Shown in pieces: positions 1-11,000 of a stretch of 64,000 bases of DNA. The notes beneath the pieces are model-generated. The model saw nothing but the letters and a program-made list of their open reading frames with translations, ran no database searches and was not told where the DNA came from. The position numbers and the translations under genes were made by a program. Source of the stretch: Gemmatimonadaceae bacterium (lineage in GTDB: Bacteria; Gemmatimonadota; Gemmatimonadetes; Gemmatimonadales; Gemmatimonadaceae); the NCBI GenBank assembly GCA_045803545.1, contig JBJMOW010000002.1, forward strand, positions 1 to 64,000. Direction: 5' to 3'. How positions within the stretch are numbered: position 1 is the first letter of the stretch; every line of letters begins with the position of its first letter.

Positions 1-3000
1 CGCTCAAGTCCCTGAGCGACATGCTCAAGGGCAAGCAGGGCCGGTTCCGCCAGAACCTGCTCGGCAAGCGCGTGGACTACTCGGGCCGTTCGGTCATCAT
101 CGTCGGACCGCAGCTCAAGCTGCACCAGTGCGGTCTGCCCAAGGCGATGGCACTCGAGCTTTTCAAGCCGTTCATCATCCATAAGCTCGTCGAGAAGGGA
201 ATCGCCGAGACGGTGAAGCGCGCCAAGAAAATCGTGGAGAAGGAATCTCCCGAGGTGTACGAGATCCTCGAAGAGATCATTCGCGATCATCCGGTGCTGC
301 TGAACCGCGCTCCGACCCTTCATAGACTCGGCATCCAGGCTTTCGAGCCGGTGCTCGTCGAAGGAAAGGCCATTCGTATTCACCCGCTCGTCTGCGCCGC
401 GTTCAACGCGGACTTCGATGGTGACCAGATGGCCGTGCACGTTCCGCTTTCGTTCGAGGCTCAGCTCGAGTGCCGTCTGCTCATGCTGTCGTCGAACAAC
501 ATTCTGAAGCCGTCGGACGGACGTCCGGTCGCCGAGCCCAGCCAGGACATCGTGCTTGGCTGCTACTTCGCGACCAAGGCTCCTCCGGGCTTCGGCGAGA
601 AGGCGAGCAAGAACGCCAAGTCGTACTCAACCGCGTCGGAGGTCGAGCTCGCGCTGTCACAGAACCGCGTCGACTTCCACACGCCGATTCGCTACTTCGT
701 CCAGGATGTCGAAGGGAATCGCTGGGTCGATACCACCGTCGGCCGTGTTCTGTTCAATGCGATCATCCCGAAGGAGATCGCGTTCCAGAACCGCGAGATG
801 AAGAAGAAAGCGCTTGGTGAGCTCGTGTTCGAGTCCTACCGCAAGGGTGGGCTGCAGGGCACAGTTCCGTTCCTCGATCGCCTCAAGGATTTCGGATTCC
901 GCTACGCAACGCGCGGCGGCGTCTCCATTGGAATCGAAGACCTCCACATTCCCGCGGAGAAGGAGACTCTGCTCGGCGAGGCTGAGGAGCGCGTCAACAG
1001 ATTCCAGAAGGCGTACCAGACCGGCAACATCACGAACGGCGAGCGTTACAACAAGGTGATCGACACCTGGACGCACGCCAACAACGACGTTGCCGACGCA
1101 ATGGTGCGCGCGATGCGCGAATCGAATCAGGGATTCAACCCTGTATTCATGATGTTCGATTCCGGATCGCGTGGATCACGCGACCAGATCCGTCAGCTCG
1201 CCGGTATGCGCGGACTGATGGCGAAGCCGCAGAAGAAATTGACCGGTGGTATCGGCGAGATCATCGAAAGCCCGATCAAGTCGAACTTCCGTGAAGGTCT
1301 GTCAGTGCTCGAGTACTTCATCTCGACGCACGGTGCTCGTAAGGGTCTGGCCGACACCGCTCTAAAAACAGCGGACGCCGGTTACCTCACCCGTCGCCTC
1401 GTCGACGTCGCGCAGGACGTGACGATCACCGAGGAAGATTGCGGAACCATCCTTGGGCTCGAAGTCGGAGCGCTGAAGGAAGGCGAGGACATCATCGAGC
1501 CGCTGGCCGAGCGTATCGTCGGCACCGTGGCGGCAGAGGACATCTACGATGTCCATGAGATCGACGAGTCGGGCCAGCGCACCCTGCTGGTCGAGGCTGG
1601 TCAGCTCATCGAAGAAGAAATGGCTCGCCTCATCGAAGAGTCGGGTCTCGAGACGGTGAAGATCCGCAGCGTTCTCACGTGCGAGGCGAAGCGTGGTCTC
1701 TGCCAAATGTGCTACGGCCGCAACCTCGCGACGATGTCGATGGTCGATAAGGGCGAAGCGGTTGGAATCATCGCCGCGCAGTCGATCGGCGAGCCGGGCA
1801 CGCAGCTGACGCTCCGCACCTTCCACATCGGTGGAACTGCGGCGCGTATCGCCGAGCAGACCGCGCGCAAGTCGAAGGTCGCCGGCATGATCGAGTTCGG
1901 CGACAGGTTGGTGGTCGTCACCAACTCCGAGGGTCATAAGATCGTCACCTCGTACGAAGGGGAGCTCACCATCAAGAGCAGCGGCGATCGCAGCGGCTCG
2001 GTTGGCGCGCGCCTCCAGGTACCTCTGGGTGCGACGCTGATGGTGAAGGACGGCGACGAAGTGAAGAAGGATCAGATCATCTTCACCTGGGATCCGTACA
2101 CGAACCCGATCATCTCGGACGTTGATGGAACTCTGCGCTTCGTCGACCTCATTCCTGGTGAGTCTGTGTCCGAGGAGCTCGACGAGCTCACCGGTCTTCG
2201 CCAGACGGTCGTCATCGAAGACAAGGAGAAGAAGCTGCACCCGCACATCGAGATCGTGGAGATCAAGGGCGGCAAGGAGAAGCGCCTGAGAGACTTCGTG
2301 ATTCCGGTTGGCGCGCAGCTGACTGTTGAAGACGGCAAGAAAATCAGCGCCGGTACGATCATCGCCAAGATTTCGCGTGAGGCTTACAAGACACGCGATA
2401 TCACCGGTGGTCTGCCGCGCGTGGCCGAGTTGTTCGAGGCGCGTCGTCCGAAGGATCCGGCCACGATCTCCGAGATCGATGGCGAGGTGAGATTTGGCGA
2501 CATCAAGCGCGGCAAGCGCGAGATCAGAGTCGTGCCGAAGGACACCCCGGTGGACACCGAGGATCCGGGTCAGCTGTACGAGATCGCGGCGGGCAAGCAC
2601 CTTCGCGTGCACGCCGGTGACTGGGTGAGAGCGGGCGACCGTCTCTCCGAAGGTCCGGTGAATCCGCACGACATTCTGCGCATCAAGGGACCGCGCGCGG
2701 TGCAGGAGTATCTGCTCAACGAAGTGCAGGAGGTTTACCGCCTGCAGGGCGTGAAGATCAACGACAAGCACATTGGCGTGATCGTCAGACAGATGCTGCA
2801 GAAGGTGCGCGTGCTCGAGAGCGGCGACACCGAGTTCCTCGAAGGCGAGCACGTCGACAAGCAGAACTTCAGGGACTCGAACGACAAAGCCAAGAAGCAC
2901 AAGGACGCTCCGGCGGTTTCCGAGCCGTTGCTCCTCGGCATCACCAAGGCGAGTCTCACGACTCAGTCGTTCATATCTGCGGCGAGCTTCCAGGAGACGA

Positions 3001-3254
3001 CGCGCGTACTCACCGACGCTGCAATCCGCGGCGCGAGAGACGAGTTGCTCGGGCTCAAGGAGAACATCATCATCGGTCACCTCATCCCGGCCGGTACGGG
3101 TATGTATCGGTATCAGGAAGTGGAGATCGAAGGAGCGCCGGTGCCAGCAGCGCCTGCGCTCCCACCGGAGCCGACGATCGCCGAGATCCTGGCGACGGAA
3201 GCGGATACGGATTTCGTGGTGCCGGAGGCGGTTGCAGTGCCGGAAGAGATCTAG
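1..3254 (+). CDS. rpoC: DNA-directed RNA polymerase beta' subunit (5'-truncated by window edge)
   Basis: [20 protein letters not shown], catalytic [11 protein letters not shown], bridge helix [15 protein letters not shown], trigger loop [13 protein letters not shown]; frame is open upstream of 21 (LKSLSD-M). Confidence 0.99.
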   Translation, partial: LKSLSDMLKGKQGRFRQNLLGKRVDYSGRSVIIVGPQLKLHQCGLPKAMALELFKPFIIHKLVEKGIAETVKRAKKIVEKESPEVYEILEEIIRDHPVLLNRAPTLHRLGIQAFEPVLVEGKAIRIHPLVCAAFNADFDGDQMAVHVPLSFEAQLECRLLMLSSNNILKPSDGRPVAEPSQDIVLGCYFATKAPPGFGEKASKNAKSYSTASEVELALSQNRVDFHTPIRYFVQDVEGNRWVDTTVGRVLFNAIIPKEIAFQNREMKKKALGELVFESYRKGGLQGTVPFLDRLKDFGFRYATRGGVSIGIEDLHIPAEKETLLGEAEERVNRFQKAYQTGNITNGERYNKVIDTWTHANNDVADAMVRAMRESNQGFNPVFMMFDSGSRGSRDQIRQLAGMRGLMAKPQKKLTGGIGEIIESPIKSNFREGLSVLEYFISTHGARKGLADTALKTADAGYLTRRLVDVAQDVTITEEDCGTILGLEVGALKEGEDIIEPLAERIVGTVAAEDIYDVHEIDESGQRTLLVEAGQLIEEEMARLIEESGLETVKIRSVLTCEAKRGLCQMCYGRNLATMSMVDKGEAVGIIAAQSIGEPGTQLTLRTFHIGGTAARIAEQTARKSKVAGMIEFGDRLVVVTNSEGHKIVTSYEGELTIKSSGDRSGSVGARLQVPLGATLMVKDGDEVKKDQIIFTWDPYTNPIISDVDGTLRFVDLIPGESVSEELDELTGLRQTVVIEDKEKKLHPHIEIVEIKGGKEKRLRDFVIPVGAQLTVEDGKKISAGTIIAKISREAYKTRDITGGLPRVAELFEARRPKDPATISEIDGEVRFGDIKRGKREIRVVPKDTPVDTEDPGQLYEIAAGKHLRVHAGDWVRAGDRLSEGPVNPHDILRIKGPRAVQEYLLNEVQEVYRLQGVKINDKHIGVIVRQMLQKVRVLESGDTEFLEGEHVDKQNFRDSNDKAKKHKDAPAVSEPLLLGITKASLTTQSFISAASFQETTRVLTDAAIRGARDELLGLKENIIIGHLIPAGTGMYRYQEVEIEGAPVPAAPALPPEPTIAEILATEADTDFVVPEAVAVPEEI

Positions 3255-3258
3255 AAGC

Positions 3259-3399
3259 TTGACCGAGGGCCCAGGACCAACTGCATCTATGATTGCTGAT
3301 TAAGTGAGGATTGCTGACAACTTCGGACCGTCTGTAGTTGTCATCGCTCCTCACTTGGTCCGCGATGATCGATGCACTTAGTCCTCGGGCCTCAGTCAA
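3259..3399. repeat. 141-nt gap-free imperfect inverted repeat (long hairpin) just after the rpoC stop
   Basis: Manual pairing of 3259+k with 3399-k over 70 positions gives 54 Watson-Crick, 5 G-U and 11 isolated mismatches, no gaps; centre at 3329. Confidence 0.9.
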
Positions 3400-3502
3400 A
3401 CCCCGCGTGTCGCAGAATTGTGCCAACGCTTTTCAACCGGTAGAGTGTCAGAATTGACACCCAACTCACTCATCGATTGCGAAGCAGAAACGCGTGATAC
3501 AA

Positions 3503-3540
3503 AATCCCCGTACGAGTTATTCGTCCGGGGATTCTTGTTT
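3503..3540 (+). terminator. Possible intrinsic terminator hairpin
   Basis: aatccccg-t-acga-gttat-tcgt-c-cggggatt followed by cttgttt. Confidence 0.5.
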
Positions 3541-3586
3541 CGGCGCATTGCCAAGACGGACCCTCTGACTTCCGTGAGCTGAAAAG

Positions 3587-4267
3587 ATGGACCTCTACAT
3601 ATTCTGCGTGGTTCTTGGCGCCGCCGGCATGGCAGCAATGGCGCTCCTCGGATTCACGAGCAGTCACAGTGGAGGCCACGCCCACGACACCGGCGGCCAT
3701 GAGTTTCACGGCATTGCCGGGCATATCCATACGACGCCACCCGCGCACGGCGCGCATGGAATCGCGCATTCGGCGCCGACGCACGGACACGTCGTGGCCC
3801 ACGGTCACCTTCACGCCGATAGCTGGAAATCGACAGCATGGTCGTGGCTCTCGCCGCGGGTGTTGTTCAACGTGCTCGTCGGCTTCGGCGCGACAGGACT
3901 CGTCGCGGAGAAGCTGCTCGGACCGGTGCTCGCGCTCCCCATTGCACTGCTCGGTGGTCTGGCGTTCGAGGTTGTAGTCGTGCGCCCGATTTTCAACTCG
4001 CTCTTCCGATTCGAGTCTCAGCCTGCGCAGACCCTCGAATCGGCAATCATGTCGCAGGGGAAGGCGGTGACGGGATTCGATGTGAACGGCAATGGATTGA
4101 TTTCTCTCGAGCTGGGTGGCGAAGTAGTGCAGATTCTCGGCACGCTCACCACCAACGAGCGCAACGCGGGCATCCGCGTTCGCGCCGGGGATGCAGTTCG
4201 AATCGAAGACATTGACAGCAAAAGGAATCGTTGCACAGTCTCTCGGATCGGCCTCAGCGAGAGCTGA
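3587..4267 (+). CDS. NfeD-like (YuaF/YqiJ-type) membrane protein with His-rich loop
   Basis: N-terminal TM helix, segment with 15 His, further TM helices, C-terminal OB-fold-like tail (GLISLELGGEVVQILG...IRVRAGDAVRIEDID); directly upstream of a flotillin gene. Confidence 0.7.
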   Translation: MDLYIFCVVLGAAGMAAMALLGFTSSHSGGHAHDTGGHEFHGIAGHIHTTPPAHGAHGIAHSAPTHGHVVAHGHLHADSWKSTAWSWLSPRVLFNVLVGFGATGLVAEKLLGPVLALPIALLGGLAFEVVVVRPIFNSLFRFESQPAQTLESAIMSQGKAVTGFDVNGNGLISLELGGEVVQILGTLTTNERNAGIRVRAGDAVRIEDIDSKRNRCTVSRIGLSES

Positions 4268-4300
4268 TCATTCTCGGCCGTTCTTCTTCAAGGATTTCAG

Positions 4301-5737
4301 ATGACCGAAACACTCATGATTGTTGGTGCCGTCGTTATCGGCGTCCTGTTCGTAATTCCGCTAATCGTCTCGTCCTTCCTGCGCAACGTCGATGCAGGAA
4401 CCATTCGGATGGTGAGCTGGCTGCAGGGCAGCACCATTATTTACCGCGGACCGGGTAAATCGAAGGAAGTGCCCCTGCTCACTACGGGGACCACATTGTC
4501 GAGCAAGGCGATCAACGTCGACCTCGACATCACCGACCAGACTGCGGATCTCGACCGGCAGGGCACGCCGCAGCCGATCAAGGTGCGGATTCTGGCGAGC
4601 GCGATCGTTTCGGTCGGTGACAGCGATACGATGATCAAGACCGCCGCCAATCGATTCTTCTCCAAGGATCCAGCGGACCAGGAGAACATCCTGATCGACC
4701 TGCTTTCCAGCTCTGCGCGTCGTGCAATCAACCTTCTCACGCACGATCAGCTTTTCTCGTCGCGCAGCGCGCCACTCCCGCCGCTCACGACCGGTTCACG
4801 GCCAGAGTTGGTCGCCACTCACAGCGAACGCACGGAATTACAGAGAGCACCCGATGAGTCGAAGGCAGTCACGCACGCCGGGGGTGCTCCTCTCGAGGGA
4901 ATGGAGGATGACGACGACCCGCTCGCAGTGATCATCCGCAAGGCCTGCTCGCGTGAGCTAACTGACCTCGGCCTCACCTTCAATTCGCTTAACATCAAGG
5001 TCGTGCAATCCGAAGTCGCGGAGTCGCGCCGCCGTCAGTCGGCAGCAGAGGCGCAGGCGAACGCCGACATCGTGACAGCGCAGCAGGCGCGTCGCGCCAA
5101 GGATGCACAGCTCGAGGCTGAGCGCGTCATATCGGATAAGCAACGCGAGCTCGAACAGACGAAAGCAGCCAACGCTGCTTTGATCGCTGAAGCTGAAGCG
5201 AAAAAGCAAACGGCGCTCGGAGTACAGCGCGTCGCCGAGCTCGAGGCGACTCAGATCGCGCAGGCCAGGGCAGACGCGGAGAAAATGCGGATCGAGGCCG
5301 AGGCGCGCGCACGTGCCGAGGCGATTCGGATCACGACTGTTGCGCAGGCGCAGGCAGAGAGCATCCAGAAGGTGAACGAAGCGATCAAGGCGGGTGGTGA
5401 GAGCTATTTCCGCTATCGCCAGATCGAGATGATCCCGGACATCGCCCCAGTCATTGCCGATGCGTTATCGAAGGCGAAGCTCGTCACCATCGCTGGCGGC
5501 GGTACGGCCGGCGGGGCTGCGGACTCTGTCACCAACAACATCACCAGCGTCATTCAGACTGTGCTGGCGGCGCAGTTGGTTTCGAGCAGCGGCATGCTGC
5601 AGTCGGATTCACGTGATCGGGAATCCTCGCGCGATGTGGAAAGTGTCCGCGACAATGGTCGAGATGCGACACCGGTAAAAGCGCCGACAACTTCGATCCC
5701 GCATCCGGCTACCCCGACAAGGACGGGCGGCAGGTAG
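4301..5737 (+). CDS. SPFH-domain/flotillin family protein
   Basis: N-terminal TM, SPFH-like core (AANRFFSK; RELTDLGLTFNSLNIK), long Ala/Glu coiled coil (AEAEAKKQ, AEARARAEAI), flotillin-like C-terminus (MIPDIAPVIADALSK). Confidence 0.8.
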   Translation: MTETLMIVGAVVIGVLFVIPLIVSSFLRNVDAGTIRMVSWLQGSTIIYRGPGKSKEVPLLTTGTTLSSKAINVDLDITDQTADLDRQGTPQPIKVRILASAIVSVGDSDTMIKTAANRFFSKDPADQENILIDLLSSSARRAINLLTHDQLFSSRSAPLPPLTTGSRPELVATHSERTELQRAPDESKAVTHAGGAPLEGMEDDDDPLAVIIRKACSRELTDLGLTFNSLNIKVVQSEVAESRRRQSAAEAQANADIVTAQQARRAKDAQLEAERVISDKQRELEQTKAANAALIAEAEAKKQTALGVQRVAELEATQIAQARADAEKMRIEAEARARAEAIRITTVAQAQAESIQKVNEAIKAGGESYFRYRQIEMIPDIAPVIADALSKAKLVTIAGGGTAGGAADSVTNNITSVIQTVLAAQLVSSSGMLQSDSRDRESSRDVESVRDNGRDATPVKAPTTSIPHPATPTRTGGR

Positions 5738-5754
5738 CCCCGATTCACGGTTGG

Positions 5755-5804
5755 AAAGAAAACGGTGTGTGGCGAGATCTGTCGCCACACACCGTTTTCT
5801 TTTT
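5755..5804. terminator. Bidirectional rho-independent terminator
   Basis: Perfect 21-bp inverted repeat aaagaaaacggtgtgtggcga / tcgccacacaccgttttcttt with 6-nt loop, between convergent genes. Confidence 0.9.
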
Positions 5805-5820
5805 GCGCTATTTCGATCGA

Positions 5821-6231
5821 TTACTTGCGAGTGCGAATAATGATCGCTCCGGCAATTGGTCCCGATGGTACATCGGACATCACAGTCTGCACTCGCGACG
5901 GATCGAGCCAATTGACGGAGTCCACGACTTCGACACTGAGCGTCTTCAACGCATCGAGGCTCTCCAGGCGCTGGCGATCGAGATAAACGAGGATCGCCTG
6001 GTTGGTGATTGCACCGCCGCCGATGGTACCGGTGGCAGTCGCGCGCAACCAGTTCGGGCGAAGTCGGCTGACGAGCTCGTAAGCATTGGTGGCGTTGGAC
6101 GCGCTCACTTCGGCGCGGGTGATAGCATCAGGATTGGAGTGTGCCGTCGCCCCACCGCCAGACGACGCGCAAGCGGCCGCAAAGACGGCGAAGGACAGGC
6201 GAGCAAGGTCGACGCGTGATAGCAAGTTCAT
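5821..6231 (-). CDS. Small lipoprotein consisting of a TonB-receptor plug-like domain only
   Basis: Lipobox-like FAAAC; ITRAEV...NAYELVSRLRP...VYLD...GAIIIRT resembles a plug domain; no barrel. Exact start uncertain (ATG 6231 or nearby TTG; the ORF extends to 6303). Confidence 0.65.
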   Translation of the reverse strand: MNLLSRVDLARLSFAVFAAACASSGGGATAHSNPDAITRAEVSASNATNAYELVSRLRPNWLRATATGTIGGGAITNQAILVYLDRQRLESLDALKTLSVEVVDSVNWLDPSRVQTVMSDVPSGPIAGAIIIRTRK

Positions 6232-6404
6232 CCTCCTCGAGCGATGTGGAAACGCCGCCGTTAAGCGGGCCGCTACCATAATGCGGGAGACAACGAGCCG
6301 CAACGATTTCTATTGTCGGGGTTAATACCGAACGCTAGGTTGGGCAGCCAATCCGCCGGGTCGGGTAATGGAGCATAGTGGTTGGGTTTTGAAGCGAGCG
6401 TGAA

Positions 6405-7565
6405 TTGCAAGCGATGCGACGGTCGCGTTTGAAGTTTGTCTCAGTGCAGCGCGCGGCGATCTATTTCTCGCTGATCGCCGTACCTTTTTGCGTTTCCGCG
6501 CCTGCTAACGCACAGAGCGTCGGCAACGTCACTGGTGCGGTCACCGACTCCGCGGGTGTGCCTTTGCTCGGGGTCGAAATCACGATCGACAGCACCGAGG
6601 TTCGCACATTCAGTGCGGCGGATGGATCGTTTCGCCTCGGCGGAGTGCCGCTGGGGACTCGCGTGATTGCTGGGCGGCGCCTGGGTTTTTCGCCAAATCG
6701 CGTCACGGTCGAAGTCGCGCAGAACGCAGATGCTTCAGTCACGATGCGGCTCAAGGCGCTGCCGATCGCGCTGCCGACAGTCGTAGTGCGGCCATCAAAG
6801 GTGAACTACAGCGGTCGTCTCGCCGGTTATTACGAACGGTTGGAAAAGCGCTCGGGCGGCTACTTCATCACGCGCGATCAAATCGATCACGAGAGCACGC
6901 GGCTGCTCGGACAACTGTTGCAGCACGCGCCGGGCGTCACCGCGGTGAGGGGTCGCGCAGGCATCACCGGCATCAGGCTGCGGGGCAGAACATGTTGGCC
7001 GCTGGTGTGGATCGATGGCACGCCGATGCCATCTGGTGAAGTGGATCTCGACAGCTTTTCCCCGACGAGCATCCATGGTATCGAGCTCTACCTGGGCTCG
7101 ACTACCGCCCCCGCCCGCTACCAATACACGCGCGACATCTCGAGTTGCGGAACTATTCTGATCTGGTCCCGGGGGCCTGACACCGATCCCATCATCTCGC
7201 CGCCGACGCCATCGATCGACGTCGAATCACTGTTGTCCGGTAACTCCGTTTTCCGCGCCGATCAGGTCGATCGGAAGGCCGCACTTGATACGGTCAATAG
7301 CGCTCCGCCTGCTTTCCCGCCCTCGCTCTACGCGTCTGGGATTCCGGGACTGGTAATTGCCGAATTCGTGGTCGATTCGACCGGACGGGTGGAGACCGGC
7401 ACTCTCGGAATAGTTTCGTCGACGGCACCCTTGTTCACCGAAGCGGTCAGGCTCGCCCTCGAGACGGCCACCTACTTGCCGGCGGTCAAGAACGGACACT
7501 CGGTCCGTCAGTTTGTACAGCAGCCGTTTGAGTTCTCAGTCAAGGGTCACGGCGGCCAGCGGTAG
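6405..7565 (+). CDS. Secreted protein: carboxypeptidase-regulatory-like domain + plug domain + TonB C-terminal domain
   Basis: Signal peptide (ANA-Q); GAVTDSAGVPLLGVEI (CarboxypepD_reg-like); FITRDQI...VWIDG...GIELY...CGTILIWSR (plug-like); PAFPPSLYASGIPGLVIAEFVVDSTGRV...PAVKNGHSV..VQQPFEF (TonB_C). Confidence 0.75.
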   Translation: MQAMRRSRLKFVSVQRAAIYFSLIAVPFCVSAPANAQSVGNVTGAVTDSAGVPLLGVEITIDSTEVRTFSAADGSFRLGGVPLGTRVIAGRRLGFSPNRVTVEVAQNADASVTMRLKALPIALPTVVVRPSKVNYSGRLAGYYERLEKRSGGYFITRDQIDHESTRLLGQLLQHAPGVTAVRGRAGITGIRLRGRTCWPLVWIDGTPMPSGEVDLDSFSPTSIHGIELYLGSTTAPARYQYTRDISSCGTILIWSRGPDTDPIISPPTPSIDVESLLSGNSVFRADQVDRKAALDTVNSAPPAFPPSLYASGIPGLVIAEFVVDSTGRVETGTLGIVSSTAPLFTEAVRLALETATYLPAVKNGHSVRQFVQQPFEFSVKGHGGQR

Positions 7566-7687
7566 GCATTCTCGTCGTTGACAAGCCGGTTACACGCCCC
7601 GACATTCCGCGCCTACCCCCCCACCCGTGAAAACCAGTAGTCCGCCGGGGAATTATTGTCTTAACCATTCGTAGACACACCCAGGCC

Positions 7688-7716
7688 TTGCGCGCTGTGC
7701 CGACCCAACGTATAAC
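7688..7716 (+). promoter_or_regulatory. Putative sigma70 promoter for SusC module 1
   Basis: TTGCGC-N17-TATAAC, overlapped by an inverted repeat at about 7690-7732. Confidence 0.45.
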
Positions 7717-8031
7717 TTTCGGCGCAGCGCGTTCCGCTGCACCTCAGCTGTAAAGGTTTCGCAAATAATTCGGTAACAACCGCGCGTACCGTCCGCGCGA
7801 AATTTTGTAATTCGGTTGTAATTCGTGGGTAAGGAGATCGCTAGCTCGGATACCCGTCCGTCCTGGCAGGCCTTCTCCTTTTTGCTATTGGGCTGATAGC
7901 TCCGCGACCGTACCTGTTCCCTCTGCGAAGAAAACCTTTCAGAAAAAGGAGGACCAGCGCGCCCCACCGTCCGTGGCGCATTCGGTGTCGTGAACAGTTC
8001 CGTTGTTCCTGCAAATCCTTCTGAGGTACGC

Positions 8032-11000
8032 ATGACGAAACTATTACGTTCTACGAAGTTTTTTGTTGGCGCCTTCTGCGCGCTGCTTTTCGTAGCGCCA
8101 GCATTGGCACAAGCCCAGTCAGCGGTCATCACTGGTCGTGTCATTTCCGACCAGGGCCAGCCGCTCGCTGGTGCTAACGTCCTTATTCCGGAGCTCAATA
8201 TCTCCGTCGGGACGAATCAGTCCGGACAGTTCACGATCAACGTGCCGGCTGCTCGAGTTCGTGGGCAGCCCGTTGTTATCCGGGCACGCGCAATCGGCTA
8301 TCAGCCCGGCGCAAACCCGATCGCCCTCAACGCCGGTAGCCAGACCCTCGACTTCAATCTGAAGAAGGATCTGACCGAGCTGAGCGCCGTCGTGGTCACC
8401 GGCGTGACGAAGGCGACGGAGGCTGTGAAGTTGCCGTTCACCGTCACCCGAGTGGACTCTTCCCAGATGCCGGTGTCGGGCTCGAACCCGATCACGCAGC
8501 TGCAGGGGAAAATTCCTGGTGCACTGATCGTGAACGCCAGCGGTCGTCCGGGCGCTGCTCCATCGATCGTTTTGCGCGGGCCCGTGTCACTGAACGCGAC
8601 CGGCCGTACGCAGCAGCCATTGTACCTGCTCGACGGCGTCCCGCTTCAGGGCGCCCTGCCTGACATCAACCCAAGTGACATCGAAGACGTCGAAGTCGTG
8701 AAGGGAGCCGCGGCGGCATCGCTCTATGGTGCACGCGCCGGCGCCGGCGTCATCAACATCACAACCAAGAGTGGCAAGAACGCGCCGCAGGGCATTCGCT
8801 TTGGCGTTCGCACGGAGGGCGGCACCAGCGACATCGAGCGCGCCTTCCCGCTCGCGACGCACAGCGCGCTCGCTCTCGATCCAAGCGGTCAGTATTTCTG
8901 CAGCAAGGATGTGGTCGGTGGTACTCCGGGCTGCGGCCGTTACATCACCTGGGACCAGGAAGTTCAGCGCATCAATAACTCGGGCGAAGACTTCTCGCTG
9001 CCTCCCCAGCTCTTCCTGCGCGACTATGGAATTGCCAGCGCACCGAGCCGCGACAACCTGGTTAGCGTTTTCCAGACGACCGCGTGGCCGATCATGCGCA
9101 ATCCGGTCGATCAGGTCGTTTCGCCGTCGCGGTACAGCAACACCAACCTCGACATGCGCGGCAAGGTGAACAACACCGGCGTGTACGCCAGCCTTTCGAA
9201 TTTCCTTCAGGAAGGCGCGGTCAAATACCTCCCCGGCTTCACCCGCAACTCCGCGCGCGTCAACGTCGATCAGCGTTTCGGCGATCGCATCAGCGCCAAC
9301 ATCAACTCGTACTATAGCTCCAGCGTCGACCACGGCTCGACGTTCGACGAGACGTCGGGAAATGCAGGAACGTGGTTCAACCTCACCAGAGCTCCGTGGA
9401 TCTCGGACCTGACGGCGACTGATGCCCTTGGCCGGATTGTGATTCGTGCCAATCCGCTTTCGCAGGGAGCTCAGAACTTCAATCCGCTCTACTCGACGGC
9501 CTACAATCATCGGACCGATCGCGGCACCCGCTTCGTCGGCGGATCGCAGATCCGTTACACGCCGCTCGATTGGGTAAACTTCGAGGGCGATTTCGGCTAC
9601 GATCGCTCGACGGGTAAATCCCTGCAGATGCGTGACAAGGGTTGGCGCACCACCAGCTCCGACCCAACGACGTCAAGCGGATTCATCCAGAGCGGCGGCG
9701 TCGACAACGAGTCGTTCACCACGTCGTTCAGCGGGACGGCGACTAAAACGCTGTTCACCGACATGAACGCCACGTTCACTTCGCGTTACGTCTATTCAGA
9801 CCAGACGCTGCGCGCAGACTCGGCGAGCGGAACCAACCTCGTCGTCGCCGGCCTCGAGACCGACGACGCTGCAACTGCAAACTTCGCGATTGGATCCGGC
9901 ACCCAGGCAATTCGCGACATGGGCTTCTACACCGGCCTCGATTTCGACTATAAAGACCGTTACATCCTCGGCGGCCTGGTTCGTCGCGACGGTAGCTCGC
10001 TGTTCGGCGCTGGACACCGCTGGCAGACGTTCGGCCGTGGGTCGGCGGCGTGGATCGCGTCACGCGAGCCATGGTGGCCGGCAGAAGACGCGCTTAGCCT
10101 CTTCAAGCTGCGTTATTCAGTTGGAACTACCGGTCAGCGTCCGCGCTTCAACGCGCAGTACGAGACATACACGATCGGCACCGGCGGCACGCTCAACCCG
10201 GCATTCCTTGGCAACAAGGAGCTGAAGCCCGAGATCAACCGCGAGCAGGAGTTTGGTACCGATCTCGAGTTCTTCCACCGCGTGTCGATGAACCTGTCGT
10301 GGTCGAGGGCGACCATCGACGGTCAGATCCTGCCAGTGAAAGCGCCGACGGCGACCGGCTTCCAGAGCCAGTGGCTCAACGCCGGCGTGATTCGCAACAA
10401 GACGGTCGAAGGAACGCTGAACATTCCGATCATCACTCGCGAGAGCCTCAACTGGTCGACGCGTTTGATTTACGACAGAACCAACTCGATCATTCAGCGC
10501 CTCGATGTACCTGAATTCGTCGGCACGATCACACCTGGTCCGACGAACACCTTCGACATCTTCAAGTTCCGCACTGGCGAGCAGATTGGAACCATTTACG
10601 GTTTCGATTACGTCAGAAGCTGCAGTCAACTGCCAGCGCCGTTCAACGCAGATTGCGGTGGCCCAAACAGCTCGTTCAGACCGAACGATCAGGGGCTAAT
10701 CGTCTGGGTTGGCCAGGGCAACCAGCTCTCCGAAGGCATCACTCGCAACCTCTGGAGCGCGAACCTGCCGCTCGGTACCGGTCCGTGGGGCGATCGCACG
10801 AACTGGGGCATGCCGATCACCCTGCGTGACTCCACCAACAACATCGCATTCGTGCCAGTCGGCAACGGTCTGCCGAAGTACCACTGGGGTCTTTCGCAGA
10901 CGCTCGACTGGAAGCGCTTCAACGTCTTCGGCCTGCTCGATTCCTACCGCGGCCAGAAGCTGTGGAACATCGCCTATCACTGGTCGCTCGGCGATCTGCA

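Noticed and set aside
1362..3080. 572-aa minus-strand ORF
   Set aside because: Antisense shadow of rpoC; GC-rich codon bias removes stops and there are no recognisable motifs
3259..3399. Long hairpin as tRNA, 6S RNA or CRISPR unit
   Set aside because: No cloverleaf, no large central bubble and no repeat-spacer pattern
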